Source of the DNA: Eledone cirrhosa | Taxonomy: Eukaryota | DNA length: 64,000 nt | Reading direction: 5' to 3' | Assembly: GCA_964016885.1 (NCBI GenBank) | Contig: OZ024740.1 | Location: forward strand, 138,570,001 to 138,634,000 | Part shown: piece after piece, positions 46,190 through 61,269 of the stretch | Position numbering within the stretch: the stretch's first letter is position 1 | Layout of the letters: every line of letters starts with the position of its first letter | The notes under the pieces: model-generated | The model's database searches: none | The model's input: only the letters and a program-made list of their open reading frames with translations | What the model was told of the DNA's origin: nothing | Made by a program: the position numbers and the translations under genes

Positions 46190-46685
46190 GCACACATATA
46201 TATTCCCCTATATGTATTACACGATCATTCTCCTCAATATTGGCTACTGCTTCTATATGCATAAAACATCAGCTGAGCCCCGTCATAAATGTAACAAACG
46301 AAGCGACATGAAATTCACGTATTAAAATCAGGTTTATCATAAACACACACACAAACTCTCATACACACAATCACACGCATAGAAACAAACACACACACAT
46401 TTCAATAGAACCTATAAGACGTTTTCAGCCAATATATCGGTTTGAGGCTTAGAGAGCCGAAGATTGAATATCTGATACTACCCACCTCTATAAAAGCCTT
46501 TCACCGACATTCACTCCCTTAAATTTTGAGAGAAACTCCTTATTTGTATGAGCTTTGTTCCGCTTTGTCAAATTTCTCTCTTAAGCCCTATACATACAGA
46601 GACACACAGACGTAGACACAGGCACACACATGCTCGCATGCGTAAGTTGATTTAAAATTATTAGGTTATTACAGCTCCTCCGTAA

Positions 46686-46771
<86 letters not shown>

Positions 46772-47169
46772 GGCGAAAAGAGCTGTAAGCGAAATCTCGA
46801 ATGTCTGACTTTTTCCATCACCTCTTGGTATTTATTCATGGGCATTCATAAATGATACATTTTTTCCAGGGTCCTTTGTTGTTGCTGTTGATGATGACAC
46901 AATGCTGGTCAATTTTACTGCTGTGTTGATACCAAAAGCAGTGTCTGTAATTTGATACTTATTTAACATATGGATATATGTATTGTAATAAATATGGCAA
47001 GCTTTGGTTTTGTGTGTCCTTTCGTTTTATTTCACTATACTTGAATATATTATTACCCTGAATATGTTTTTCTTTATTTTTCGTGTGCATTGAGCCTCTA
47101 TTAAAATTACTTTGCACAAACAAATATTTTCACTACAAATCTTGAGTAATGAGAGAAAGAATACGATCG

Positions 47170-47387
47170 TGAAAAGGGGTTCCCCCCGAAGGGTTTTGAG
47201 TAACGTTACTTGATAAAATGCGTAGCTTAGAGATCAGGGAGTCGCTGCAGGTCGAGGCGTTACCTTTCCAAACTGTGAGATCTCAGCTCTGATACTACAT
47301 GGACATGTGGTCAGAATGTTTAAGGAAAGAATCACTGGACAGATTTTAAGGGGAAGAGCAACCAGGGTAAAACCCGAGCTATCTATC
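47170..47387 (+). repeat. Left arm of a long inverted repeat (right arm about 48810-49036)
   Basis: About 215 bp reverse-complement match with few differences, continuing into the shared TATCTACCTATCCACAC microsatellite. Confidence 0.85.
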
Positions 47388-48362
47388 CCTCTATGGCACC
47401 TCGAGTGCCTACAGGCGCTCGCAATCCTCTACCAAGCGGAAGCGGCAATCAGCGGAGACTCAACTTCGACATTCTATCGGAGATTAGTGGAGGATAAGTG
47501 CGACGACGTTCTCAGGGAAACTCTAGGCATCGAGGAGGACGAACTGACCAGTCTGTTCGGGAGGACTTTCCGTCCAGGGCCTATGGATAACTTCCAGAGG
47601 TCTCTGGCCTGGCAGTGCTACCGAGGAGCTCTACCAGTTCGAGACAAAATCTACAGGCACGGACGCCCTGGCAGAGATCCTGCCAAAAGGACCTGTCCAA
47701 GATGCGAGCAGCACATCGAAACCGTTCTGCACGCAATTGTTCAGTGCCCAGGGGTTACCGACCTGTGGAATTATGTCGAACAGCTGCTGTCACGTGTGGG
47801 ACGCATCCAGTTATCAGCCGAGTCCATCGTGAGGATCACCCCGCCGCCTTCATTTAAGAACGAAGGAGAGGCGGTTTTCCTCTGTCTGGTGGCTATGGCG
47901 AAAGAGGTAATATGGTGGACGAGGTTAAAAGGACTGAGGGCAAACACCTTTCTCTCCGGACAACAACTTAGCCCCTTTTTTTAAGTATCACTTCAGAAGG
48001 AAGGTGAGAGGAGAGAGAGGTGCTACACCCCAGTAAATTCGCTGAAAGGTGGGTGAATGTGGAGAAAATGGCCCGAGTGAATGGGCCTTCTCTGTATATA
48101 AACCTGTAGGTTGAGGAAGATAAACAGAGGAAAGACAGGAACACCTACAAAACGTGTTCCTGGTGTTGAGGGTTGTTCTATCCACGGGGTGTAAAACAAC
48201 CCTGCAGTAACGTCCCCCCTCCTACTGGGGATTTCAATTGTTATTTTATTATATATAGTTTATTGTTATTTATTAATGTTAAAGTTATTTTTATGTAAAA
48301 CCCCCGCCGTCACGTCTTGTAATGTCCCATTTTTGTACGCCCCTGTGGCAAATAAAGAAAGA
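47388..48362 (+). mobile_element. 5'-truncated Tx1/L1-group LINE (ORF2 C-terminus with zf-RVT-type CCHC finger) inserted in (TATC)n
   Basis: AWQCYRGALPVRDKIYRHG...CPRCEQHIETVLHAIVQCP. Frameshift near 47980, 3' UTR with AATAAA, TATCTATC on both sides. Confidence 0.85.
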
Positions 48363-48576
48363 TATCTATCTATCTATCTATCTACCTATCCACACACGCA
48401 CACATACACATATACACATATATGGTAAAAAAGAAAAATATTTTGACGTTTCGGTTAAAGTAATTCTTCAGAAAATAGATAGAGAGAAGGAAAAAAGAAC
48501 AGAAAGGCTGACAGTAGTATATCCATATGTGTATTCGTGTGCAAAAATACAAATAGATTAATAGTTTTCAGAGGCA

Positions 48577-48662
<86 letters not shown>

Positions 48663-48737
48663 GTATATATGTATATATATGTATATATGTATATATGTAT
48701 ATATGTATATGTATATATGTATATATATGTATATATG

Positions 48738-48803
<66 letters not shown>

Positions 48804-49169
48804 TGTGTGGATAGGTAGATAGATAGCTCGGAGTTTTACCCTGGTTGCTCTTCCCCTTAAAATCTGTCCAGTGATTCTTTCCTTAAACATTCTGACCACA
48901 TCTCCATGTAGTATCAGAGCTGAGATCTCACAGTTTGGAAAGGTAACGCCTCGTCCTGCAGCGACTCCCTGATCTCTAAGCTACGCATTTTATCAAGTAA
49001 CGTTACTCCATAACCCTTTGGGGGAACCGCTTTTCATATATATATATATATATATATGCTTGGTACAACCCCAAAGTACATACTGGAGACTACGCATCGA
49101 GTACTCACTTTAGTGAACCAACAGTAACTTGACGTATATATGTATATACAGTGGGTGAGAAGAAAGACA

Positions 49170-49243
<74 letters not shown>

Positions 49244-50070
49244 GGGGGGAGAGAGAGATTTCATGTATCATCATGAATGTTTAGATATAATCGTATATCA
49301 TAGAAAGTAATCCAGGAAATCGCTGGTGTACATTTTTAATGAAAAACCAGAAATAGGAAACCACCAGGTCAACATACTTATACCAACCAGACATTCATTC
49401 TTTTTTTTATTAAACTTTGGCAATGAATAAACATACAATATATAATTACTCAATTGTATATAAATTTATCTGAATATAATATATACAATATTTGTAGTTA
49501 ATACTGTATAAATTGTTTGATTTGTATAAAAATGAACATTTTCTAGAGTGGGGTTAGAGGTGGGATGGAACTAGGAAATTCTTCGAGAAATTCAGTTGTG
49601 TGTTTCATTGTTTTTTTCCTCCTTTAATGGAATCCATCTGGGAAACGAAACCTTCTTTCACGTATTCTTCATGACTCCCCTTTCCATTTTCGTACCTTCC
49701 TTAATGAATCTTCATCTTCAACTTCCTCTAGCAACCCCTTCCTTCTCTTCTTCTCGTGTTTCTGACATCTGTCTTTCGCCTTTCTCTCTCTTTCCTTCTC
49801 TCTCTCAACCCCCCTCTCTTGCACACATTCTACCTGCTTTCTTTTCATGCGGTTTACTTTCTGCTCTTCCTTCTCTCTTCTATAGACTCCATCTTTCATT
49901 TTCTCTTTTATCACTGTCCTCCCTCTCTCTCTCTCTCGCACGCGCACACTCATGTCCTCCTGCCATATGTTCTCGCTCTCTCTTTCTCCCACCCTTCTCT
50001 CTTTCTTTCTGTCTCTCCCCCTCTCTTCTGGTTCTCAATGTCTCGAATATCCTCTTTTTCCAGCTCTTAA

Positions 50071-50132
<62 letters not shown>

Positions 50133-50286
50133 CTCTCTCTCTCTCCCTCTCTCTCTCTCTCTCACTCTCCCTCTCCCCATTCCCGTAGTTAGCATTCTAC
50201 TTCTCCTCTTACTCTCTCATTTACTTTCACTCTCGCTTCTGCACTTTTCCTCTTTCTTATACATTACTCAGCTACATAAATATTCC

Positions 50287-50915
<629 letters not shown>

Positions 50916-50927
50916 TATATTTATATA

Positions 50928-51645
50928 TATTGTTATACTTGGGGAGGATCATATTGTTATAATATTGCCAGAAATAATAACATAACACACTCACTGCTTG
51001 GTTTGGGTTGGTTTTCGCTTCTGTGTCTTTTATATCTCCATAGTTAATTTATTTAGCAATCAATGTTTATCATTGATTGACCAGCGGTTAAAAATACAGA
51101 TACAAACAAATATATATAGTCTATCAAAGTTCTTTCGTCGCACATCTGCGACATCATCAGTGGTACTATTATGTTTCCTCCCATTGTATTGTAAAGTTTA
51201 CGCCCTTTTTATTTTATTTATTTATTTATTTATTTCTTCTTGTCTCTGTCTCTGCGCATGCGTTTGCGTGTGTGTATAATGTTTGGTGTGTATGTTCGCA
51301 TTTGAGTGTATATGTTTTTGTATTCTATCTTTGTTCACTAGTGTGTATTTATATGTGTTTGTTGTTATTGTACTTGTGTATATATTTATTTATTTATTTA
51401 TATTTCCCTTAAGTCAGTATTGTTTGTTTGGGTATGGTTGTTGTTGTTATTCCATTCGTTCTTTCTGTTCAACTTCGAACTTCTTAGTTCTATCTCAGCT
51501 GTGTATCTGATTTGCCTATCTGTTGAGTCATTTCTATGCTTAGATATTATTTTAATTTCTATGTTGTCTATACTACCGTCATGTCTTTGTCTGACGTGTT
51601 CGTATAGTACTGAACCGTTTTTTGTCCTCGCCAGACATTTTACTC
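50928..51645 (-). mobile_element. Second, shorter copy of the Naiad-type element, with HHR at 51123-51164
   Basis: Colinear reverse-complement homology to about 25220-25972. Confidence 0.85.
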
Positions 51646-51732
51646 AATGATTATAAATATATATAGAGGTAGAACACTGGAAGGTAATATCCGTAGTGGT
51701 AGAGCACTCAGTCCATGGGACGAGTTAGGTAG

Positions 51733-51863
51733 AAGTGGTAACACAACAGTTAGTTCACTATACCGAGAACAATTGTTTCACCTTAGCGGATCCTCAGCTC
51801 GTAATGGACCCACTAAGGTGAAACAATTGTTCTCAGTATGGTGAACTAACTGTTGTGTTACCA

Positions 51864-51866
<3 letters not shown>
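51733..51866. mobile_element. Fold-back element containing an HHR 3' half (GAAA-CAATTG-TT), hairpin centre in the presumed stem II loop
   Basis: About 60-bp arms around TCAGCTCGTAAT; palindromic ACAATTGT. Confidence 0.6.
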
Positions 51867-51953
<87 letters not shown>

Positions 51954-52042
51954 TATGTATACGTACATACATATATGTATACAGACGTTAATATGCATAA
52001 GGAAAGTATATACTTTCAGACGTTCAACCATCTGGCAGGAAG

Positions 52043-52081
52043 GTTGCTGACGATAGCTAATAAGCTTGAAACTAGTACAGC
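52043..52081 (+). ncRNA. Minimal type I hammerhead in element 51950-52352
   Basis: GTTG-CTGACGA-TAGCTAATAAGCTT-GAAA-CTAG-TA-CAGC. Stem I sequence differs from the 50619 copy but pairing is kept. Confidence 0.8.
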
Positions 52082-52365
52082 GTTCCTTTGTCAGTGTTGA
52101 ACAAATGAGCAACGATGGTTGCTAGACACTGTACGGCTTAATTCGGGATGTTTGTTTACAAACACACCGAGCATTATAATAAATTTTTGGTGAATCCATA
52201 CGTACGTATATGTATGTGTGCATGTATGTATATATATATATACATACTACTGTACGTCTGTATACATATATGTATGTACGTATACATACTTATATTTAAG
52301 TAACAGCCGTACTAAGAGAGAGAAATGAAATTTCGTTTCATTTTTTCCGTTTATATATATATATT

Positions 52366-52467
<102 letters not shown>

Positions 52468-52664
52468 CCAAATTAAAATTAAGGGTTGTCATGTCTGAGA
52501 GACATGAGCCATATCCATGTGTTTGTTGTTATTGTACTTGTGTATATATATATTTATTTATTTATATTTCCCTTAAGTCAGTATTGTTTGTTTGGGTATG
52601 GTTGTTGCTGTTATCTAGTTGATATATATATATGGTTGTTGTTGTTATCTAGTTGATATATATA

Positions 52665-52747
<83 letters not shown>

Positions 52748-53968
52748 CACATAGTATATATATATATATAGTATACATATATATATATACACAGTATATG
52801 TGTGTGTATGTATGTATGTATGTATGTATGTATGTGTGGAAAGAAAAATGAGGAGATTCTATGTCAGATTAAGAGATATCAAGTTCAGAAAGGGTGCTAT
52901 CGATACATTAATAAATAGATAGATATCCCAAGAGGAACCTTAATTAGATTGTATGCCCCAGGTGGGCTACAGCTTCCATCAATTGATAATGGCAGCAGGG
53001 AAGCAATTTATATCAGCTGGCGGTGAATGTGAAGAAAGTGTGAGAAGATTTGCTGCTCCACGGGAGAAAACATTCAAATCCAATACCGTTGTTCATAAGC
53101 GTGTAAACTGACAATTTAACATTAATGGAGTCTCTACGTGATCATTCAACTTGCTAGAAATACAAACCAAAAGTTCTGCAAACCAGGGGGATTCACTTGC
53201 TATTTTTAGCCGATCTAGCAATCCACTTGGAAGCCTAATCTTTTTTACTTGTTCACCCTCATATATTTGTGGAGGGGTCTGATGAAGGAACGAGTAGATT
53301 TTGATATTGTACACATGAGTCTAAACAATCTTTTCCAGTGGGTATATACATCATTGCAATATTATTAAATCTCCGTGAATAAACACGAAATATCATGGAA
53401 AAGCAAGGGAGAATTATTAGGAGTTACGGATAAATAAGCCCAGCTTCATTTGTAACAAAATCATTATCGGCAAGAGAGCTCTGAAGCTGAAACTTTTCTA
53501 TGTTAGCTAAATACTAAATAATATGTGTGAAATTATGTCAGTCTTTGTGTGTGTGTGTGGGGTGTGTGTGTGTGGACGTGTGTGTGCGCGCGCGTGTGTG
53601 TGTGTTTGTGTGTGTGTGCGTATGCATGCGTATATGAGAAATGGCTGGCATCTCGATTATTAGGCCACTTCATTGTTTCAACACTTAAACAGCTTTTATC
53701 GACATCATGTCAATGTTGGATCACAAGAGATACGAAAGGCACGGGCACACAGAAACACTCAGCAGAGTCTGTAACCGGACTGCACCTTAGTGTATATATA
53801 TATGTATTTACATACATATATATATATATATGTGTACCCATATTTAATAAGTAGGCATGTAAACATGAGAAAAAATACGAGTCAACCTGTAAATTGAAAA
53901 TAAAAATGATAAAATAAATACTTTTTCAATTTAAAGGGAAATTCATATTTTCTGACATATTTAAATGA

Positions 53969-54051
<83 letters not shown>

Positions 54052-54450
54052 AGAGAAAAGTCGACAAAACGGGAGACCAATACAAAATATAATACATTAG
54101 TTTAACACTTTATATAACAGGAAAAGAGACATAACGTTTCGGACGTGAGATTTTCATCGGAAGTTAGAATGAAAGAAAGAAGAAATAGAGGGATAGATGA
54201 GAGTAAGAAAATAAAGAAACTGGGGCTCAAATTATTATTTTTCTGAGGGAAAACACCGCGTGTAGTTAGCTATTTATATATATATACATCGTTGGTAGGA
54301 GTTAAAATTGCAAAGTCCATCTGAACGGCCGATGACCTTGGAGTTCTGTGTCTTTCGTTTGTGTTTTTATTTAAGAAAAAAAATTTTTTTTATGGTTCTC
54401 CTTAAACAAATATTTTTCGCTTTCCCTTGTTTTCGTCCCTAAGTTTATAA

Positions 54451-54532
<82 letters not shown>

Positions 54533-54601
54533 CTACAAGAAGACCACAAGCCAGGTTAGTACTTTATTCGTAGAAAAAGGCAGAGTGAGTATAAATGATG
54601 G

Positions 54602-54687
54602 TAAAACCCGACCGCGAAGCCAGGCTATTTCGTTTGTTATACGGTGAATACGAACCAAAACCGTTAGACATCTCCATCGGGGTTTTA
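54602..54687 (-). ncRNA. Decayed hammerhead-like motif
   Basis: 8-bp stem I TAAAACCC/GGGTTTTA, GAAA and GTC retained; core altered to CGATGGA. Confidence 0.45.
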
Positions 54688-54710
54688 GCGTCCTTATACA
54701 CACACACACA

Positions 54711-54820
<110 letters not shown>

Positions 54821-54976
54821 ATGAAGTTGGAAATAGCACGGGAGATATATTTAAGGGTCTGTTTTTCCTTTTTGATTCGTCAAAGTTGACATTATTGAAA
54901 ATATAATGTTATTAAAAAAAGAGAGGGACAATTCTTTTTTAATCATTTATTTATGAAGTATATAAAGTATATGAGA

Positions 54977-55019
54977 AAATTACCGGTTTCGATGTATTAA
55001 GATCCATCTTGTCAAATTC
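54977..55019 (-). ncRNA. Minimal hammerhead, U3-A8 core
   Basis: GAAT-TTGACAA-GATG GATCTTAATA CATC-GAAA-CCGG-TA-ATTT. Confidence 0.7.
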
Positions 55020-55156
55020 AGTGAAGAAAGTTAATTAAAAAGTGGACACAGAGAGATATGCGTATGTACATAGACACATAGATAAGCGTATACACATATA
55101 TACAGACACACGTACATTCTCACGCACACACGCTCAAGTACGCACACTTATACATA

Positions 55157-55203
<47 letters not shown>

Positions 55204-55645
55204 TCAAATGTCACTTTAAACAACAACCAGCACCACAATATAAAATATAAGGTGAACGAATTAGTTTCCGAAATGTCGCAGTTTTTAAGAATCACCTTAT
55301 TACAGGTAAGATATACCTGTCTACTTTAGTAAATTATAGATATAGACTTATTACTGACGAGATCGATACTGAAGAACAATTATTAACAAAGAACTCAATA
55401 CGTGGAGTGTAGAATCCCCTCATCTTACTTTTCACTGACTTTTGACATGTGTATCACACGTCAGATGTTTGTTCCACCAAAGAAATGACTATATTATATG
55501 TTAGATTTGTTTGGGAAACGGTAATTTGATTTCACTAAATATCCATTTCACTAAGGTTAAATAGTGAGTCTTATTACTCTAGACTCTGGTGCTACTCACA
55601 GGTGAAACTCCAAAGTAACAAGACTCGCTATTTAGTCTTAATAAA

Positions 55646-55826
<181 letters not shown>

Positions 55827-55844
55827 CATGGAAAATGTGTTAGG

Positions 55845-56030
55845 TATATTTGAAAAAAGGGAAAAGAATGACTTCAGTTGTAGTGTTAAAATTGATTTAA
55901 TTATTTTATAATATTATAAGTTGGTTGATCCAGTAATGGATCTACCAACTCATAATATTATAACATTCTAAAATTATATCAATTTTAACACTACAAGTGA
56001 AGTCATTCTTTTCCTTTTTTTCAAATATAT
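55845..56030. repeat. Fold-back inverted repeat in (TA)n, centre GATCCA GTAA TGGATC
   Basis: About 90-bp imperfect arms; no HHR core recognised. Confidence 0.75.
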
Positions 56031-56173
56031 ATATATATGCAAAGGTTATATTTAATTTGTTGGAATTCAACAAACTTAAAAGTTTTATAACTGATATAAA
56101 GTACTCAATAGTTTGGTGGAGTAAATATTCATTATATTAATAAATGGAAACTATATTTATAAAACCATAATTA

Positions 56174-56235
56174 TTTTATTATATATATTTCAAGGGCAAC
56201 CAAGGCAAATTTTGGTGCGCTTTCATCAGATAAAA
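56174..56235 (-). ncRNA. Type I hammerhead, canonical core, related to 28931-28997
   Basis: TTTTAT-CTGATGA-AAGCGCACCAA...TTGGTTGCCCTT-GAAA-T ATAT A-TA-ATAAAA. Confidence 0.75.
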
Positions 56236-56309
56236 TACAAAATTTGTTTTATAAATGCTGACATACCCGCCGAAGAACAACCTTGACGGTTGGGGGTTCG
56301 CTTAATATA

Positions 56310-56401
<92 letters not shown>

Positions 56402-56528
56402 GTGAGGTTTCTTTTACAAAATGAAAAATAACCGAGGTGTCCTACACGAGTAAAAGTATAAAGAAAAAAAAATGAAATAGAAAATGCAACTGGAGTCTTA
56501 TTTAAAAAAAATATATATATTTATTTGG

Positions 56529-56572
56529 CTCCTTTACCGGTTTCGCAGTTCTTCTGCTTTTCAAAAGTAGAG
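56529..56572 (-). ncRNA. Minimal hammerhead, U3-A8 core, in 'ACCGGT' family copy 56395-56600
   Basis: CTCTACTT-TTGAAAA-GCAG AAGAA CTGC-GAAA-CCGG-TA-AAGGAG. Confidence 0.8.
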
Positions 56573-56597
56573 TTGAGATGGAGGGTCTGTGGTTTTT

Positions 56598-56697
<100 letters not shown>

Positions 56698-57019
56698 CGA
56701 CGGACCTTTGTAGTTTCTATCAACTAGTTTCTACTCATAAAGCATTCCTCGAATCTATAGTAGAAGATACCGCCGAAGGTGTCACTCAGCGGGACTGAAC
56801 TTACTACCATGTGATTGCGAACAAAAAATTCTCAACCACACCGCCATATATTTTTTAGAAATACTTAATCCTTAGACAAGGAAATCGAAGAACTCGATGT
56901 TAATTACTATTATTTGCAACTGGATTTATTTCTAATTTTCTTACAGGGTATTTCTCTGAATAGCGCTTTTAATAGCCAGCTATATATCTATATTCAGTTA
57001 ATGGCTAAGTGGTGAACCA

Positions 57020-57064
57020 TGCTACTCTGGAGTTTCACCTGCGCTCTCGTAGGATCATCAGACA
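57020..57064 (-). ncRNA. Type I hammerhead, canonical core
   Basis: TGT-CTGATGA-TCCT...AGGT-GAAA-CTC CA GAG-TA-GCA. A related fold-back 3' half at about 55560-55635 supplies ACAAGA, complementary to the upstream TCTTGT. Confidence 0.7.
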
Positions 57065-57132
57065 AGAAATAATTTAAACTCTATTTCGGAATTGAGTACT
57101 TTTTCTCGCATCCATCAATAACACACACAGAT

Positions 57133-57235
<103 letters not shown>

Positions 57236-57805
57236 AACAGAGAGTGGGATAGTACAATTACGTCTGGTTAATATATGTTACATACACTTATGAACACGCA
57301 CTTTAGTATGTATGTATTCGTGCAGGCTTATGCCATTCCTTTCCTCCGACTATGTTATACATTATGTATATATATAAACAATTTATACTATGTATATATT
57401 AACACTGATTTTGCATTTACATTACAGTATAAACAAATACATTCGAGTCAAAATTGAACTAGATATCTAAACACATGTAATTAAATAAACACAAGCCATT
57501 GGAGTTTAATGCTCCGCATGACACCACTGTTATTTTATCGAAATGTACGAGCCAGCGAGGGAGACTCCATGTGGTCGCTAATTTTGGTAGAAATAGCAGT
57601 CAAATTCCCCTCAAATCACTCCACACCACAGAGCTTTCTGAACCTTTCAAATTGGCGACACAATTTAAAAAATAAATTTGTTTTTATACCACTTTAATTA
57701 AGTTATATTAGGGTTATAAAATCAACGAAGTTAACAAGCAATCAATTATATACCATATATGTCCCCAAAATACACACACACACACACATATATATATATT
57801 CAATA

Positions 57806-57891
<86 letters not shown>

Positions 57892-59136
57892 GTAAAATAA
57901 CGTCGTCAGATATTAAATATACTTTACAGTCAAATATTCTGAAATTGATCAAATTTGATCAATTTAACAGAACACTTCGCGATTGATCATACACTAAAGA
58001 TTCATGCCACATAGCTTAGAAACCTCTGCCCTACTATTTTAAATGATATAAATTACATAATGTAGTTCTAGATACACCCTGATTATAAATAAAGACGTGA
58101 GGTCGATCCATGGTCTCTCAACAAGCCAGATCTTGCACAAATTACACTCAATTGTCTTAGAAGATAATGAGCTCATGCGTTCTCAGTACAGAAAAAATCG
58201 ATATATTTATATATATATATATCTGTTCGACCAGATCTTATCCGCGACACAACAACAACAAAATCTAAGACTTGATCAACATTTTTCCATCTAGCAGACT
58301 ATAAAAATGTCAACAATTATGGCATGAACAACAAAATAGTGAGCAATGAGATTTCAGTTAAGTATGAGGAAACAACCTCGATCTTTAGTGATCTCTATAT
58401 AATGAAACTCTGCCACTGTATAGTAGAGGTCAGGGACTGGCGAGATGTGTCTAACGAATATCATACAAAAATATGGAGTGCTTTGGAAAGGAATATGTTA
58501 TGTCCAGTATGTAAAAAACATGCATTATCATACAACTTCACACACACACACGCTCACGCACTTTCTATCACACACACACACACACATACACATACACATA
58601 CATCCATATGTACACAAACATACACATGCTCTCGCATACATACACCGACATAAACAAATGCCGGCATAATCTTGAAGAAATCCAAGCTAAACACCATTAT
58701 CGACTTCATCAAGCTTGATCTGCAAGGGCCTTATTAAAGGTCCATGCGCAGTCTTCCTCACTGAACTGCTCTGTAAACACATACACATGCACACGGTATG
58801 TGTGAGATCAATCCACTTACAATGTCTCCAACCTTTGACATTTTTTATTCATGTATGTTTGTATACACACACACACACACACACACATATATGCAAAAAG
58901 TAAACGGAAGCAACAAAACAACACAGTACAATGAAGAATTATATTAGTTTAACGCTTGGTATAGTAGGAAAAGAGTCTTAACATTTTGGACACTAGTTCT
59001 TCATCAGAAAATAGAATGAGAAATAATAGATGAAATAGAAAGATACAGAGTGAGATGAGGAAGAAAAGGCAAAATAGTTTCGAGAAAAAGCACGTGTGTA
59101 TTCAATCAACCATTTTCAGCAACTACATATATACAA

Positions 59137-59203
<67 letters not shown>

Positions 59204-60606
59204 TATAGTGGAAGCTAACTTGTTCCGAGTAGGATCACTTCGACCGAAAAAAAAAGCAAAAAAAAAAAAAAAACCAGCCAAAAACAAACAAAAAGCAAAC
59301 AAAAACAAACATTCGCAAAAACGTGTTATTGATTTTGCTGTCGTTGGTGTCGCCTTAGATGGCTCATCAAACCAAAAAGTGACTTTATTTTATTCCATAC
59401 ACTGAGTAGGTAAGTTTCCCGTCTTCTAGAGTTTGATTGGCTTGACATGTTTTGTGGATCCCCACCCCCACCGTGCAGAGTGATATACCTTGGTCCAGAT
59501 GCAAAATCTAAGTGTATGGGGTACTCAAATGTGTTATTTCCATGAATATGACGTCTGGGTTTTGTTTCACCTCCCGCAGAATGCCCCTCCAAATCCCCCT
59601 CCTTACAAGCTAGCTTGAGGGTGTTGCCAGTTTAGTCGCTGACAATCCGGTCATGCAACAGGTTATACTGGGTTATATGTTACCAGTAGCGTTCGAAAGC
59701 GACCTGATATACATACATCATGATGGCTGCCCCCTCGTTATCGAGTATGACTATTGCATTGTATACCATTATTAATAATTATTAATTAATTCTCTCGTGC
59801 AATGCCTGTGCGTGAAGATTTTTTTTGAAGTGATGAAAGACTGTGCACTGAGCCAATCCCACTATCTGAGCGATAGTTGCTATAACCCGAAAAGAAGATA
59901 AGGTCAACATCATCGGTAACTACTGAGCCGCAGGTTTTATATCGGAGTTATCCCAGTTTCCTGAGATGTCTTCTCCTAGAAAAATGCCTTGACAAAGGCT
60001 AGGGGTCCTTCACTCCCAGTGATTTAACGCGCGATCGGGTATCCAACCCAACTATGTCTATGTCCCCTCGCATATATATATATACACATGCACACATGCA
60101 CACATGCATATTCATATATAATCATATGTACATGTGTATATACATGTTTACACATTTCTGGATGGCCGTTGAGTCTTATGAGTTCTTCCGCCCTTTGTCA
60201 GGTTTTATTTTTTTCCTGCAGGGTGTCCAAAATCACCTTCCTCACCAAATAAACTTGGTGGGTTTGTCGGGTTAGTCGCAGACGACCCGACCATGCGACA
60301 GGTTGTACAGGGTTACATGTTACCAGTAGCACTCAAGAATGACCCAACATAAACATACATACATACTTAATAAAACTCTAGCTCTGTTGAAAGATCTGTT
60401 CCAGACAGATCGCCATAACACGAGATTCTCCAACGAAATAATACCAACTTCAACGATCCCCAACATGAGGATATGTCACCAGCACTGGTATACCAATTCA
60501 TCAGCAAATACAAAATATCATATTCCATCATTCTTTATTTTCTTAGCTCTCTATCTCTCTTCTCTTCACTCGCTATTTCTAACACACACATGTATTCTCC
60601 ATCACC

Positions 60607-60651
<45 letters not shown>

Positions 60652-60655
<4 letters not shown>

Positions 60656-60793
60656 GGGTAGTAGAGTGTGTAATAGGAACAAGTATGACCCCGACGGCAG
60701 GGCTCAAGCTGTTTCGATGACTATTTCTGGACTAAAAAGTCCAGAAATACCCGTCGATACGGCTTGAGCTCTGCCGTCGGGGTCATACTTGTT

Positions 60794-60873
<80 letters not shown>

Positions 60874-61071
60874 AACAAGTATGACCCCGACGGCAGAGCT
60901 CAAGCCGTATCGACGGCTATTTCTGGACTTTTTAGTCCAGAAATAGTCGTCGAAACGGTTTGAGCCCTGCCGTCGGGGTCATACTTGTTCCTATTACACA
61001 CTCTACTACCCTAAGTATTGAGTACTTTGGTGCGTTATGGTCCACCTGGTTGCTTACCGCAATTCCTTCGT

Positions 61072-61072
<1 letters not shown>
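60652..61072. mobile_element. Nested palindrome of Hydra-type PLE 3' ends around a (TA)n core
   Basis: Two hairpin units (centres about 60736 and 60931) are mirror images across (TA)n at 60797-60870. Confidence 0.85.
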
Positions 61073-61112
<40 letters not shown>

Positions 61113-61269
61113 CAATAATAATAAATTTGAAGGCTAAAATCCAAAGAGGGCTCGATGAGGATAAATATATATCAAATATATAAGAACCGTAGAGCAACCG
61201 TAAACGGTGAAAGCAGCGATTCTTTGCTTAAACTTTAATCTGTTATTTTAATATATATATATATATATA

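Noticed and set aside
47307-47387. N-terminal [22 protein letters not shown] of the 225-aa ORF
   Set aside because: It comes from the inverted-repeat arm upstream of the LINE junction, and the same peptide appears at 48899(-). This is a chance fusion.
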